A stretch of DNA of 58,134 nt, the filler included, from Fonticula-like sp. SCN 57-25 (Eukaryota), in the NCBI GenBank assembly GCA_001724245.1. It is 5 parts of 5 records of this genome, joined end to end, with 100 filler letters (N's around TTAATTAATTAA, not from the genome) between each part and the next. Parts side by side here need not be neighbours in the genome. Positions count along the whole stretch, not along the records: positions 35,033 to 46,528 come from MEDX01000198.1; positions 46,629 to 58,134 come from MEDX01000199.1; 3 more parts are not named here. One strand, 5' to 3'. Below the pieces are notes generated by a model that ran no database searches, was not told the origin of the DNA, and saw only the letters and a program-made list of their open reading frames with translations. Within the stretch, counting starts at the first letter, position 1, and each line of letters begins with the position of its first letter. Shown piece by piece: positions 35,453-48,683 of this stretch. The translations under genes and the position numbers were made by a program.

Positions 35453-36565
35453 ATGTCTGTCGTCCTTTTGTTGGTCGTCTTTGTGGTGAGCCTCATTGGG
35501 TTTATTATTTTTGACAAGTCGCGCAGAGCGCCGCTTGTTAGGAGCATCGGGCCGATTCGGACGCGCAATGCCATCGGCGACAATTTTAAGACGGTAGAGG
35601 AAGTGAGCGAGGCGCTGCGCCAGGCGGGCCTCGAGTCGAGCAACCTCGTCATCGGCATCGACTATACAAAGTCGAACGAGCACAATGGGCGCCGGACTTT
35701 TGGCGGAAAGTGCCTCCACACCATTGACCACGAGAGCAATAAGCTCAACCCCTACGAGCGCGTCATCAATGTTATCGGCCGCACCCTCGAGCCCTTTGAC
35801 GACGACAAGCTCATCCACGTTTTTGGCTTTGGCGACTCCGCGACGACCAACCGGACGTGCGTTTTTTATTTGGTTTATCAATTGCTTACCTTTTTGGCCA
35901 GCGTGTTTCCCTTTTACGCCGACCGCCTCTGCTACCGCTTCACCGAGGTACACGAGCGGTACCGCGAGATCACCCCGCTGCTGACGCTCTCTGGTACGTA
36001 TTATGCCGCTTTATTTTATGTTGTATATTGTTTTATGTTGTTGGCTTACGCCGCTGCCCTTTCTCTCTTTGGCTGCTAACCGTTAATTTGCAGGGCCGAC
36101 CAATTTTGCACCGCTCATCCGCGAGGTCATCGGCATTGTCCGCGAGTCCAACAACGTGCGCCGCTGCTCTTACTTATGTTCATGCTAACGCTCTTGACTT
36201 CTAGACTGACTACCACATTCTTGTTATTATTGCGGACGGCCAGGTGACACAGGAGACTGACACGATTAACGCGATCGTGGAGGCGTCCAATTACCCGATT
36301 AGTATTATCATGGTTGGCGTCGGCGACGGCCCGTGGGACCTCATGAAGCAATTTGTGCGCTACATTTTCTTATTTTCCTCATTCCTGACTGGTTGGCGTG
36401 TAGGATGACAACATCCCTCAGCGGCGCTTTGACAATTTCCAATTTGTAAACTTCCATGAGGTGTACGACAGGTCTCTTCACCCGGATGCCGCGTTTGCGC
36501 TCCAGGCGCTCATGGAGATCCCCGAGCAGTTCCGCTCCATGCGGTCCTTGCGTCTCTTTGGCTGA
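35453..36565 (+). CDS. Copine-type vWA domain protein (RGLG-like clade) with N-terminal TM anchor; no C2 or RING domain
   Basis: [70 protein letters not shown]...[27 protein letters not shown]. Hydrophobic [20 protein letters not shown] start. Confidence 0.88.
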
Positions 36566-36940
36566 GCCTCGCTTTCATTGCATCGGCATTCTGCATCACC
36601 CGCGTTCCAGCATGTCCCACAACATCATTCCATTATATGTGTTCTATATGCGCGTCTTTATTTATAAGGCTGTCGCTTTATTTTTATCGTACCAGTGATA
36701 TAGACGTCATTCTGTCTGCAGCGAATAAACACTCTAGTTTAGCATTGATTTTTGTTATCGCCTTCGAGTTTGAAACTTGAAAATCACACTTGGAAATGAA
36801 CCGTCCATTCATAGAGAAATCAACTAGGATTCGGTAGAGTCAAAAACGCCGTTAAATCCGCAAATCCGCTCAACCCGCCCACCGCATCCCTCGCCTGCCT
36901 CGCGTGTCCCCTCGTGCGACGAGAGAGTGACCGAGAAAGC

Positions 36941-39900
36941 ATGGCCTTTGTTGCAGGCAGCGAGCGGAGCATACAGGCTCTCCATGACCTGATATACGTG
37001 GTTCAGCGGGGCGACGACCCGCATGCGCTGCGCTCCCTCGAGTCATCCTTGGCGCGCTGGCGGGGCCGCTTCGGCTCCCTCCTCGACCACGCGCCGCCCA
37101 AGGCCGAGCACCGCGCGGAAATCCAAAAGGGTATGGCCAAGATCGACAGCGACGATCCCAGCAGCATTAACGCGACTGCCATCGAGTGGACTATCATGAT
37201 TAGTGACCAGCTCGCTCTCGATGAGCACGAGGCCGCCGGGTTGCTGACCCGCGCGCTGCAGACGACGGACGGGTGCGCCATGGGCCCATTTTCAGCACGG
37301 TACTAACATACGAGCTCTCAGTGACGACCACCAGTCGACGATTGCCCAGGCGGTGCGGTTCTTCTTTGACGACCGCAAGTATTTGCTCGCTGCTCTGCTG
37401 GAATTGCTGCAGCTCGCCGGATCGTCAGCCTCTGAGCTCTCCGACATTGCCGAGCGGTACAGCCTGATCGCGCCTCGAATTACCCCATACTTACCCGCCG
37501 CCAGCTTTGTTGACAGTCTTTTCTCGGGGTTGAGAAGGCCGGGCGCGCCCGCCGGAGCGACCCTTTCGGCTGTTCTCTTGAAGACGTACACCCAGCTGAG
37601 CTCGATGATCAGCGGGCCGGCGCAGGACACGCGAGGCGCCCCGGTGCTGAACACGTACGCAGTTGTCTTTTGACGGTATTTTTGCTTATGGTTGCTACCT
37701 TAGGCGAATTACGTGTGTCCCTGTGGAGGAGCTCCTTGAATACTACAGCCAGGAGCGTGACGCCACGGCCCAGTGCATTTTCCACCTGTCTCGCATGCGC
37801 GGCCTTGAGCGCGCCGAGGTTGTGGAGCTTGCTGGTCTGTTGTCCACGATGAACTCGCAGCACCCCACCGACGGCACCGCCACCGTGACCCTCTTTATGG
37901 CCGCGGCTGCTTCGCTCGACAACTTTCACCCGCCGCCGGAGACCGAAACTGCGCTTCAGCTCACCGAGTTCTTTGGCAAGATGGAGGCAGTGCTGTCGCG
38001 GCAATGGCTTGACCCTTCCCTGCAGGCGGCGGTCCACTTTGTGCGGTATCTCTATCAGGTCGTTCTCGAGTCAAAGTCTGGCCGCGAAATCCTCAGCGAC
38101 CAGGTGCTCCAGTCCATTTCGCGCGGCGTCTTCCAGTTCTTTGTGCGCACCTTGACCAGCTATATTTACCTTGCTGACTGTTTTTCCAGGCCAATTCTGC
38201 GCTGAAGCCGCTGACAAACACGACGCTCGCGACGTACTTTCAGCACCAGGTCGACGAGCTAATGACCAACTTTTTGCGCTGCATGCACCGCACCGTCCTC
38301 AAGCTCCGGGACAGCGAGATGCAGTCGTTTGCGCTCCACCAGCTGGACCCCGTTCGGATGGCGTCGCGGCCGGTGCGCAACGATTTTGAGACGCTGCTCG
38401 TTGTGCTTTGCAAGGTGTACTCCAACCGCCCCGAAAGCGGGCTAAAGTTCTGGGAGCGCCCCGAAGGCCCGCACGAGAGCCTGCACCTCTTCCCGCTGTA
38501 CTCTTTCCTGCTCGAGTGCATCATCACGACGATCCCGTCGGTTGTCGTCGCCTTTTACCGGCTCGTGGCCGTTCTCGCGCATGGCCCGATCTGCGCGCAA
38601 AAGGCGTACGAATTCATGTCGGACAACCAGATGTCGACCATCAAGCCGATTACGTGGGGCATCCTGTTCCACGCCATGAACGCCTTTTACTCGCAGAACG
38701 CCCCCGAGCAGCCGTCGCTCGAGCCGGCCATGGACCTGGACGAGCTGGACCGCTACCTGGCGGTGCTCTCGGTGCTCGAGGTGATTGTCACCGACGACGA
38801 GGTCATCAGGACAGGCCTCTTTACGGACCCGTCAATCCCCGTGGTCCTCACCCTGTTCCGCTTCTTTGTCTGCCGCATCCCGACGTCGCTCAAGGCCGCC
38901 GTCCTGCGCGTCCTCTCGGGCTTTGCGCTCTCGCCAGAGTGCGCGCCGTTCATTTGGCACTGCCTCAACACTATCCCTCTGCTCTCCAACAACAATGGTA
39001 CGGGGCCTCATATGATGCCGCGCAATGCTCACTCTTGTCCAGCCACGATCGAGGTTGACCTGAATGAGGCCGAGGCGCGCGCCGGCGAGTACAAGCAGAC
39101 GATTGCCTTCCTCCGCCTTATCGACAATCTGACGGCGGCCAGCGGCCCTTCCGTCGATCTCACGTACTATATGAACTTTATCCGCGAGACCGTCTTTGTG
39201 CGCAGCTTTACGCGCAACTACAATGACCCCGCAGAGCTGCCGCTCATCCTTTCGCTCTGCACGTCCATCTTTCACCGCCTGCTCGGCCTTGTCCCGGCCG
39301 ACGGCGAGTTTAAGAACGTCGATGCCGCCACGGATCTCGTCATGCGGCTGCTCTCCAAGGAATCAGTGCTGTCATCGGTGCGTTTTTAGTGTCTTTATGC
39401 TTTTGTACCAGTCTGCTAACCCGTGAAATGATAGCTGTTTGACATCATTGATAATGCGGTAGAGCAGCTTGCCAAGCCCGGCTCCACGTACGGCCCCGCC
39501 GTCGCCAACACGCTGCGCATCTTTATCAAGTTGATGAGCGTCCAGGCGCGCGTGCTCGCCCGCTTTAACCAGCGCGGGTTTGAGATTGAGCAGTACCGCG
39601 CGTCGCGCCCGTGCGAGTTTGAGCGCCGTCTCTTGGAGCACAGCTCGGTCATCCTCCAGGCTGCGCTCTTGGTGAACGCCACCGACGCCCCTGTGGTTGG
39701 CCAGCTGGCGGTCGAGTTTATCTCGTGCCTCGCGCAGTCGCCGCACATGACGGCCGGCCAGGTTCGCGGTAACCGCTTGGTTGATATCTTTTCGGATGCG
39801 CAGTATCGGTCACACGTCATGAACGCGTTCATTGTGTGCCTCCAGAATGACGCCTTCCTCGAGGACAATGTCGACATTCGCATTGCTGTTGTTGACCTGA

Positions 39901-42635
39901 TGCTCAAGACGGTCCATCAGCCTCACCCCAATCTCGCCACCATGCTGCTTGGCTTTGACATTCTCAAGCCCGCGCGCATGACCAAGCTCCACGACCCGCG
40001 CTCGCCTATCGCGCGCCACTCGTGCCTTCCTGTCGTGCTGCGCATTGTCGACAGCCAGATTGACGACCACAGCGGGTCCATCTGGGTAACCAACCCCGAG
40101 CTCGCGTGGCGCTGCTACAGCCTCGTGTACGCGCTCTGCGAGGACCCGCAGACGTACCCGCCGATCATGACGTTCCTGCGGTCAATCGACGGCAGCTTCA
40201 TCGCCAAGCACGTGCGCCACATGCCGCTCTGGTCGGTCGCCTCGATTGAGTCGTCCTTTGCCGACGCGTCGGCGCGGATCAACGCTTACAACGCGGGTGT
40301 TTCGTACCTGCTGCGGACGGCGGCGCTCGAGCTCCGCCTTTCGCAGCCGTCGGGGCTTCGCGAGCCGGCGCGGCGCCTTCTTGACGTGTTGTTTGCCAAC
40401 CCGGATGTGCTCGGCGAGCAGGGCGACCTGAACGCTGACCAGCCGCGGATGCGCATGCTCGAGCTGTTCCACCTGCTCGACTTTGGCCGCCAGGACACGC
40501 TCGAGTCGACGATTCGCGTGCTGGACGCGTGGAAGCAGGTCGTGATTGTCGCGCTGGAGAGCGACCAGATCGAGTATGGAAATCTGCTGCAGCTCGTGAC
40601 GCAGGAGCTTCTGTCCGCGATCCTCCCGCGGCTCGTTGCGCCATGCAAGTACCCGCACGTCTTGGAGTCGCTCGCACAGGTTGCGCTCGCGCTGATGACG
40701 AGCCTGCGTGAGCGCCGCGACGGCCTCGGCCTGTCGACCGTCGTGCTGCCCAATGACCAGCTGCACACCTTTTTGCGCGACATTGTTGCCGCGTGCGTGC
40801 TGCCCGGCACGTCGCAGTCGTTCCGCGGCCGCATCTATGGCACGCTGCTGCACTACCTCCACTACACGGCGTCGCAGGTCGACTTTGGTGAGCTGAGCGC
40901 GGTTGAGCAGGCGCAGCAGGAGGAGCGCGACATTGGCAACCTCGAGCACATTGTGCGCGACGGGCGGCGCCTGACAGAGTCGGTGTGCCGCGACGCGCTC
41001 GGTGCCGCGGGCATGTGGAAGTGCGTCTCGCTCGCGGCGCTCGACGGCCTCGTCGTGCTTTCGCAGCGTCGCGGCCGCGAGGGTGACGGCGGCATGAGCC
41101 CGCTCCGCTTCCTCCTCGACAGCGACTTTATCCGCGCCGTCGTCGCCGTCATCCGCACAGAGGACAACGCCGTCCGCCGCGCGCTCCTCCCGCGCGCCGA
41201 CCACCGCATCCCGCTCTACGAGTTTGAGGCGCGCGTCTCGCTCCTCCTGCGCGTCGCCCAGACAGAGGCTGGCGCGCGCGCCGTGCTCGAGGCTGGCGTC
41301 GTTGAGGCGTTTGCCGAGAGCGGTGTTCTTCAGATCTGGCTCCAGGTGTCGGACGCTGGCGGCGTAGACATGGACGCCGGCGGCGAATCGCCGCTCGCGC
41401 GCTTCCACAACATTCTCCAGTCAATGCTGCGCCTCCAGATTGCGCTGCTGTCGGTGCGCCAGCCGCTCCGTGACGCGCCGCGGCGCATCGTCGCGTTCGT
41501 CATGGCGCACGGCGACCTCCTCGGCGCCATCCTGCGCGACGGCCTCGTTGGCGGCGGCGTCGGTGGCGGCAGCGGCGTGCTGCTCGATACGCTTCACCTG
41601 CTGTATTTGCTTGCGTCGGCGAGCGCGCTCGGCGGGACGGCGCTCGAGACGCCACTGCTGCGCTTCCAGGAGCCGATTGTACAGCTTCTCAAGCAGCTCT
41701 GCGACGGCGGCAGCACCAATGCCGCCGCGCCTGTGTGGCCGCCGCGCGCCTCGTTTGGCGCGTCGGCCGTGCCCGTTTCCAGCGAGGACGAGGCCGCGCA
41801 GCTTGCCGTGCGTCGTCTCGTGCTCGCGTACGTGCGCGCCGTCAGCTGCGACGCACTTACAAGCGACGCGCGCGTTGTGTTTGTGCCGTTCTTTGACTGC
41901 CGGCTGTCGGACGCGGCCGTCCAGCCCGCGGCACAGAGCGGGGCGAGCGGGGCCCCTGGGACATCACTTGCTGTGGTCGTACAGGCACTCAAGGCGGCGC
42001 TCGAGGCGCTCCCGAGGAGCCTCAAGGCCCATGGCGATCTCGTTTTCAAGCTCGAGAACTTTAAGGATCTCGCCTACGACCAGCTTAGCGAGGTACGTTT
42101 TAATAGATGGTGTATGTGTTGCTGACTGTATGAGTAGTTTGCACCCGAAGAGGCTGCGCCCGATATGAAGAGGGGGCTCGCCGCAAAGGGGCTGCGCGTC
42201 GCGCTCGGCCTTCAGGCCGCCGCTATTTCGACGCACGTCTGTACGAGAACAAAACTTGGCTTACTTGTTGTGCTAACGTGTGTCTGCAGATATTGTAGAG
42301 TCGTCGTTGCTCATTCTGTGGCGCCACATTGAGCACTTTTTGCTTGTGGACGCGCAGCGCGTCGACCGCGCTCAGTTCCGCGTCACTGGTACGTCTTTAA
42401 TATTGCCTTCTTTATGTTTCCTAACGTTTGACTAGGCCGCCCGAATGCCGCGGCACAGCTTCGCAGCGATGTATTGATTCAGCTGCACCCGCTGCTGGAC
42501 ATTTCGCAGGACCTTGTGGAGAAGGGCGAGATGAAGGTGTCCGAGTGGTCGTCGCACGGCACGTTCATCAAGATGGTCTGCCGCCGCATCAAGAGCGTCG
42601 TCGCGGCCGCCGGGCGCTCGTTGAGCAACAACTAG
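36941..42635 (+). CDS. NUP205: Nucleoporin NUP205/Nup192 (multi-exon)
   Basis: ISDQLALDEHEAAGLL...RFFFDDRKYLL, IPTSLKAAVLRVL, IEVDLNEAEARAGEYKQTIAFLRL, PNLATMLLGFD...SCLPVVL, C-terminal FIKMVCRRIK. Confidence 0.85.
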
Positions 42636-42886
42636 GAAGGGCACAATTTGTAAAGGCATCGCGCACGTTTTTCGTAGCTAGAGCGACAAACAAACACAAT
42701 AACACGATATTACAATTTATTTTTTCCTGTTTATGCATAAAAGCAGCGTCTATTCACTGTGCTTGCACATGTTGTTCATAGCAAATGCTTTTTGATTTAT
42801 GTATTCATTCATTATGACTGTGTGTATCCTACACCCGGCCGACCAAGCGGGGCCGCCTCCTATATACAACCAATATTTGGACATGT

Positions 42887-45800
42887 TTAATAGTCCTCGA
42901 GCTCGAGCCTTGGCACAATATTCATCGACTGCAGCTCCTGGAACAGCAGCTTGCACGCGTACGGCAGCCGCAGCGTGCACACATCCACCGCCGACTTGCA
43001 CAGATTGCACCACCCAGCGTAGCCCAACATGCCGCAGCGCTTGCAAATGTGCACCTCGAACGCGTCGGACGAGATCATGAGCCGCTCGAGCAGCAGCATT
43101 GACGCGCCGTAGCCAATCAGGCAGTCGCGCTCCATCTCGCCGAGACGCAGACCACCGTCACGTGAGCGACCTTCCGTCGGCTGCCGCGTGAGCACCGCGC
43201 GCGGCCCGCGCGAGCGCGCGTGCATCTTGTCCATGACCATGTGCTTGAGCTTTTGGTAGTAGACCGGCCCGAAAAAGACGTACGCGCTGAGCGGCTCGCC
43301 CGTCACGCCCGACGTGACGTAATCCTTTCCAAAGTAATTGTACCCGTTCGCGACGAGGATCTTGCCCATGTCGTCCACCTTGTCGCCGCCAAACGCCGTG
43401 CCGTACTTTAGCGCGCCCGTGAGCACGCCGGCCTTGCCGGCCAGCAGCTCAATCATCTTGCCGACCGTCATGCGCGACGGGAAGCCGTGGGGGTTCATGA
43501 TGATGTCGGGGCAGATGCCATTGTCCGTGAACGGCATGTCCTCCTGGTTGACAATGATGCCGCACACGCCTTTCTGGCCGTGACGGGAGCTAAACTTGTC
43601 GCCAATCTCGGGGCGGCGCGTGCTGCGCATCAGAACCTTGACAAGGAACTGGTTCTCGCCGTTGGATGTCAAAAGGACCTTGTCGACGTAGCCAAAGCAG
43701 GGCGCCTTGTACGTCATGGGGGTCGACTTGTACGCGCCGTCGGCGACCGCGGTCGTGTCGGTGATCGTGTTGGTCGTGTTTGTGGGGGTCTGCTTGTTGA
43801 TGTAGACTTGGCCGGGGTGCACGCGCTCGCCGACGCCGCAGATGCCGTCCTGCTCAAGAATCTCAAACTTGGTGCCGGACTGGTCGCCAGGCGGCGGGCC
43901 AACAATGCGGTCAAAGCTGCAAAACGCACGAAAAATGACAAGAAAAAAGGCACAAAACCCGTTAGCATCGCAAAAATCACACATCTTCTGCGTGCGCACC
44001 TCTGGTTGGGGTACTTTTTGATGACAGCCGTGTACTTTCTGAGCACCTGGCACCGCCCAAACCCTCTATCGAGAGACGCCTTGTTGATGACGAGCGCGTC
44101 CTCAATATCATATCCAGTATAACTCATGACTGCGACGACGGCGTTCTGCCCCGACGGGATCTTGTCAAACTTTATGAGCTCGATCGTCTTTGTCTTGACC
44201 ATGGGCTGCTGCGGGTACACCATGAGGTACAGCAGCGTGTCGAACCGCATGTACTGATTGTAGCCAATCGTGCCAATGGACTGCTTGCCCATGGCGCACT
44301 GGTACGTGTTGCGCGGCGACTGGTTGTGGTGCGGGTACGGAATGATGCCAGCGCACACGCCGAGAATAGTGAACGGCTCAATTTCAAGATGCGTCGTGCC
44401 GGACGTAATGTCGCGCTCGTACAGCGCAATGCAAGAGTCGTTTTCTTCGTTCACGTCGAGGTACTCTACGAGGCCGTCGCTGAGGCAGTCCTGGAACGAG
44501 CGCAGGCCGTCGGCGATCTCGCGCATGTGGCCGGCGTGCACGCGCGGGACGCCGCCTTCGACCACGATCAGCGGGCGGCACACGCGGCCGCCGTCGGAAG
44601 CGATAAAGACGCAGCGCTGCGCGGGGTTGCTGTACGTCGACACAAACTCGCTCAGGTAGCCGGCGCGGCGGAGACGGCGGAAATTTTCGACAAAGCGCGT
44701 CGGGTCGCGCACAACGCCGAGCATCGTGCCGTTGAGGAAGACCAAAAAGGTGTCGCTGGCGCTCAGCTCTTCACCGGAAAACATCTCGGCGTCTTCCACG
44801 CCGAGCGAAAAGGCGAGCCGCGCGATGGGCTCCTCCTCGTCGTCCGTCGTAATGTGCGTCATGAGAGCAAGGTTCTTTACGAGACCGCACGCCTCGCCTT
44901 CGGGCGTGTCGGACGGGCACAGCATGCCAAACTGCGACGGCTGGAGCGAGCGCGGGCCGCTCACCTTGCGCGTCTTTTCAAACTGCGACGAGATGCGCGT
45001 CATCATGCCGAGCGCGGAAATGTACGACAGGCGCGAGAGGACCTGCGTCACGCCGGCGCGCTCCATCTTGAAGCGCTTCACAGTCCAGTTGCCGGTCGAG
45101 ATGGCGTGCACGAGGCCGTTCGTGATCGTGTCCTGGCGCAGCGACAGCAGGCGAATCACATCAAAGGGCTGCGCGCGGTGCTGCTTGGAAAGCACCTGGT
45201 CAATGTTGCGCTTCAGCTCGGCATTGAACCGCTTGAAAAGATCTTCAAACAAGAGGGCGAGAAGCTGGCCGGCGAGCTCGAGGCGCTTGTTGCCGTAATA
45301 GTCGCGGTCGTCGATGGCCGACGGGTCGTGCATCGCAATGATCATGCGGCGCACCATCAGCGCCACAAAGAGACACTTTGGCCGGTAGTAAAAGTTGACC
45401 ACGGGCACGTGCGCAAGGATGACGCCGGCAAGCACCTCGCGCGCCTCGTCCACCTTGGGCTTGCGCGACGTCCACCCGCGCTTGACAGTCTTGACGCGCG
45501 TGCCAATGTACTCGAGCGCCTGCGTCTGCGTAAAGATGCGCAGACCGGAACACTCTTGAAGCGACAGGGCAAAGGCGTCGGTGAAGGACTGCTCCGAACC
45601 GATAAGCTGCACAATCTCCTGGTCAGACTCCATGCCCATCGCCTTGAGGACAACGACAATGGGAATGTCCTCGGAAAGCGAGTTGTGCTTGAGGTAAAAC
45701 TTGTTGGACTTGATAACGACATTCGTCTTACTCTTGCGCTCGTGCGTCGAACTCGTCACCGACGCAGTGACAAGGCCCTTGCGGTCCAGCTCGACAATGA

Positions 45801-46522
45801 TGCGGTTCTTGGAGAGCTGCTCCTGGATCAAGATCACCTTTTCAACACCCTTGACAACGAAATAGCCTCCTAAACATAACAGTGAGCAAAATGTACACAA
45901 AAGGCAATATGACGAACCAGGATCAATGGGGCACTCGTTCATCTTGATGACCTCCTCCTCGGACTTGTTGTTGAGCACGCAGTGCGAGCTGCGCAGCATC
46001 ACGGGCATGCGGCCAATGAGCACATTGCGACGCGCGACAATCTGCTTTCCGCGCGTAAACTCCACGTCAACATACTGTATCACAAGTTAGTATGCAATAA
46101 TAAGAGAAAAACACCGCGAACCATGGGCGCCGAATAGTTCATCTCGCGGAGGCGGCACTCCTGCGGCGTGATCTCGTGCACCACGGCGTTCTCCTCAAAG
46201 CTCGGCTGGCCCACTGTGATATTCGTGTAGCGCAGGAAAAACATCGGGTCGACATCGCTCGTAACCTTTTCGTTGGCCTGGACAATTTTCTTGAGATCAA
46301 CGTCGGCGAAATAGTTGAACGAGTCAATGTGCTGCTTCACGAGGCCGCGCACGCGGAGGAAGGCTGGCAGCAATCGCCATTTCTCCTAAAAACGCACAGA
46401 ATTAGCACGGCATTGTCCCATTCGCCACCACGGCGCTATTGCCAACGAACCTCGACTGTGGCGATGGGCGTGTGCAGATCTCCCGGGTCCACATCGACCT
46501 GCTCACTCTTGACCTCGTGCAT
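42887..46522 (-). CDS. POLR3B: RNA polymerase III second-largest subunit (RPC2)
   Basis: [110 protein letters not shown]. Confidence 0.97.
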
Positions 46523-46528
46523 GGCCGC

Positions 46529-46628
46529 NNNNNNNNNNNNNNNNNNNNNNNNNNNNNNNNNNNNNNNNNNNNTTAATTAATTAANNNNNNNNNNNNNNNN
46601 NNNNNNNNNNNNNNNNNNNNNNNNNNNN
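46529..46628. other. Artificial contig-joining spacer
   Basis: N run + TTAATTAATTAA + N run, 100 bp. Confidence 0.97.
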
Positions 46629-47225
46629 GCCCCTGCGGTGCGTGATTTGAGGCGATTTGAGGCTTTGGAAACGCTGACAGATCGTTACGGTAAACATTTA
46701 CCGGAAAGGTCGGTTTGAGCCCTGTTACACAGAGTTTGAATCCTGAAAATCGCATGCGATTTTTGGAAACGATCTGATTGGTCAGTTTGATCTTCCTTTC
46801 GAGTGGGATCCCACAATTTGAGAGGGTCATTTTCGCAACGACCTCGAATCTGCGCGCGGCTCCATTGGTTCTTTACATCTTCAGGATTTTCCTGATTGCA
46901 ACAAATTAGTGTATCGTATTTCCGCGGATGACGATTCGGTTCTTATTAGGCGCCTGCCTGACACGCCCCAGATAGCTGACGCGGACCCCCTTTTATAAAT
47001 ATCCAAAGCAAAAGAAGAGAGAGTAAGTGAGCAGAGGCGTTGCTTTTTGCACGATGTACGCAAACTTTGCGAGTTGGACCTACGGAATGGAACCTTTGCT
47101 ATGGTACTTTATTAGACAAATTCATTCCGCAACACATATAGCAAAACAGAAGAGCAAAAGGTACTGGCAAATATCACAGTTCGACAAGAAAGAAGAGGTT
47201 CTATGGTACAAATGGCGCGCAAACT

Positions 47226-48683
47226 TTAGCGCGTGGAGGGCATTTTAGAGGCGAGCGTGTTGGCCCGCGTGAAGGGGTAAGACAAAAAGTCAAAGATTGC
47301 GGCCAGGCCGCCTGAAACCGGGTCGGCCGGCATGTCGGCCACGTCTTCTTGGCTGTGGTAGTCATTGTCGTCGTCTTGGCTGTGGTAGTCATTGTCGTCC
47401 TCCTCCTTTGTGGGCAGCGAGTGGTCCAGCGGGAAAGGCTCGAGTACCACCTCCTGCTCATCGTCGTCCATGAACGCGTCGTCGGCGACGACGTCATCGA
47501 GGTGGTCCAGCTCGCCGGGAATGGCGCTGTCAAACTCGAGCGCGCGCCCATGGCTCTCATCGGCGTCGTCTTGCGCGTACGTCTCCTGGTCAGCGCCGGG
47601 GCCCATGACCTCGAGGAGCGAGCCGAGTACCGCGCGGTACATGTGCGGCGGCTCGTTCGCGACCAGCGGGGCGAGGCCGAGGTTACCGGTGGGGGGCGCG
47701 GGGGCGATCGGTGGCTGCTCGTCGGAAGCCGCCACCGACGCATCCACAAACGGCGCAAGCGACGAGTCGCCATTGAGCAGCCGCTTGACTTTAAGCTTTT
47801 CTACTTTGCCTTCCCAGAATTCCTGCAGGAAACAGTGAGCGCGAGCGGGGGAGAAGGGCTGGTGCGTACAGTGCGATTTTGAAACTTTTTCGGTGTCGTG
47901 TCCGACGGCGAGATGGCTCGGCACACGCGCCACCCGCGAAACACATGCACGACATCAAGGCGATAGCGCAGCGCGCAGTCTGCCTTGGACGACAGCTCCC
48001 GTAGGTAAATCGTGATCTCGGCTGGGCAAAGAAGGTCAGGAAAGAGAAAGGAGGCAAGAAAAAGGGAAACGCACTGGCGCCATCAACGTAAAATTCGGCC
48101 TTGGAGGCCACTTTAAGCGCCGCGTCGCGCGGAAGCCTTCCGGGCAAACATTAGGCTCGAGAAACGAGAATGCACTAGCGTACTTGTTATGCATGATGCG
48201 GAGCTGGTTGTTTTTCGTCAAGATGGGGCGGAGCGAAGAGTCCAACAACACAAAACTACGGATACCTGTTCACAAAAACGTTAATAATTGCCCGATGCAT
48301 CGAGAGGAGAGAATGGGGGCGCGCACGGCGGTCTCCGCTCTGGACAGCGTGGTGCAAATTTCTCCACTTGTCCTTTAGGTCGGTCGCCGTGCGGCCAGGC
48401 GAAAATGACGCTGCCCGATGCTTGAGAATCATTGACCACGCCCCCTCGCCATATCGTCTAACACCTTCCTCGAGAGCCCTACGGGATGCGCGCAGTGAGC
48501 ATGAGTTTTGCAGGGAGGAGGATGGGGGAGGAAGCGGAGGAAAAAAAAGGGCACGCACTCTACCTCGCCGTCGTTCCAAAGAACGCGCTGGCGCCTTCTC
48601 TTGGTTGGCGAGCCTTCCACAGAAGAAGACTCGGAATACCTCCCATATTCGTCATCGTCGCTCGATCGCTTGGGCGATGACAT
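47226..48683 (-). CDS. Telobox (TRF-like) single-Myb protein fused to an MC1-like chromatin domain and an acidic tail (6 exons)
   Basis: RRRQRVLWNDGEVE|ALEEGVRRYGEGAWSMILK...RTATDLKDKWRNL (telobox). In-frame splicing of four further GT-AG introns gives RSFVLLD...NKLPRDAALKVASK...ITIYLREL...VVHVFRGWR...EFWEGKVEKLKVKRL. Confidence 0.8.
47347..47399. repeat. 27-bp tandem duplication encoding DDNDYHSQ(D/E) twice
   Basis: tcttggctgtggtagtcattgtcgtc occurs twice in tandem. Confidence 0.9.
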
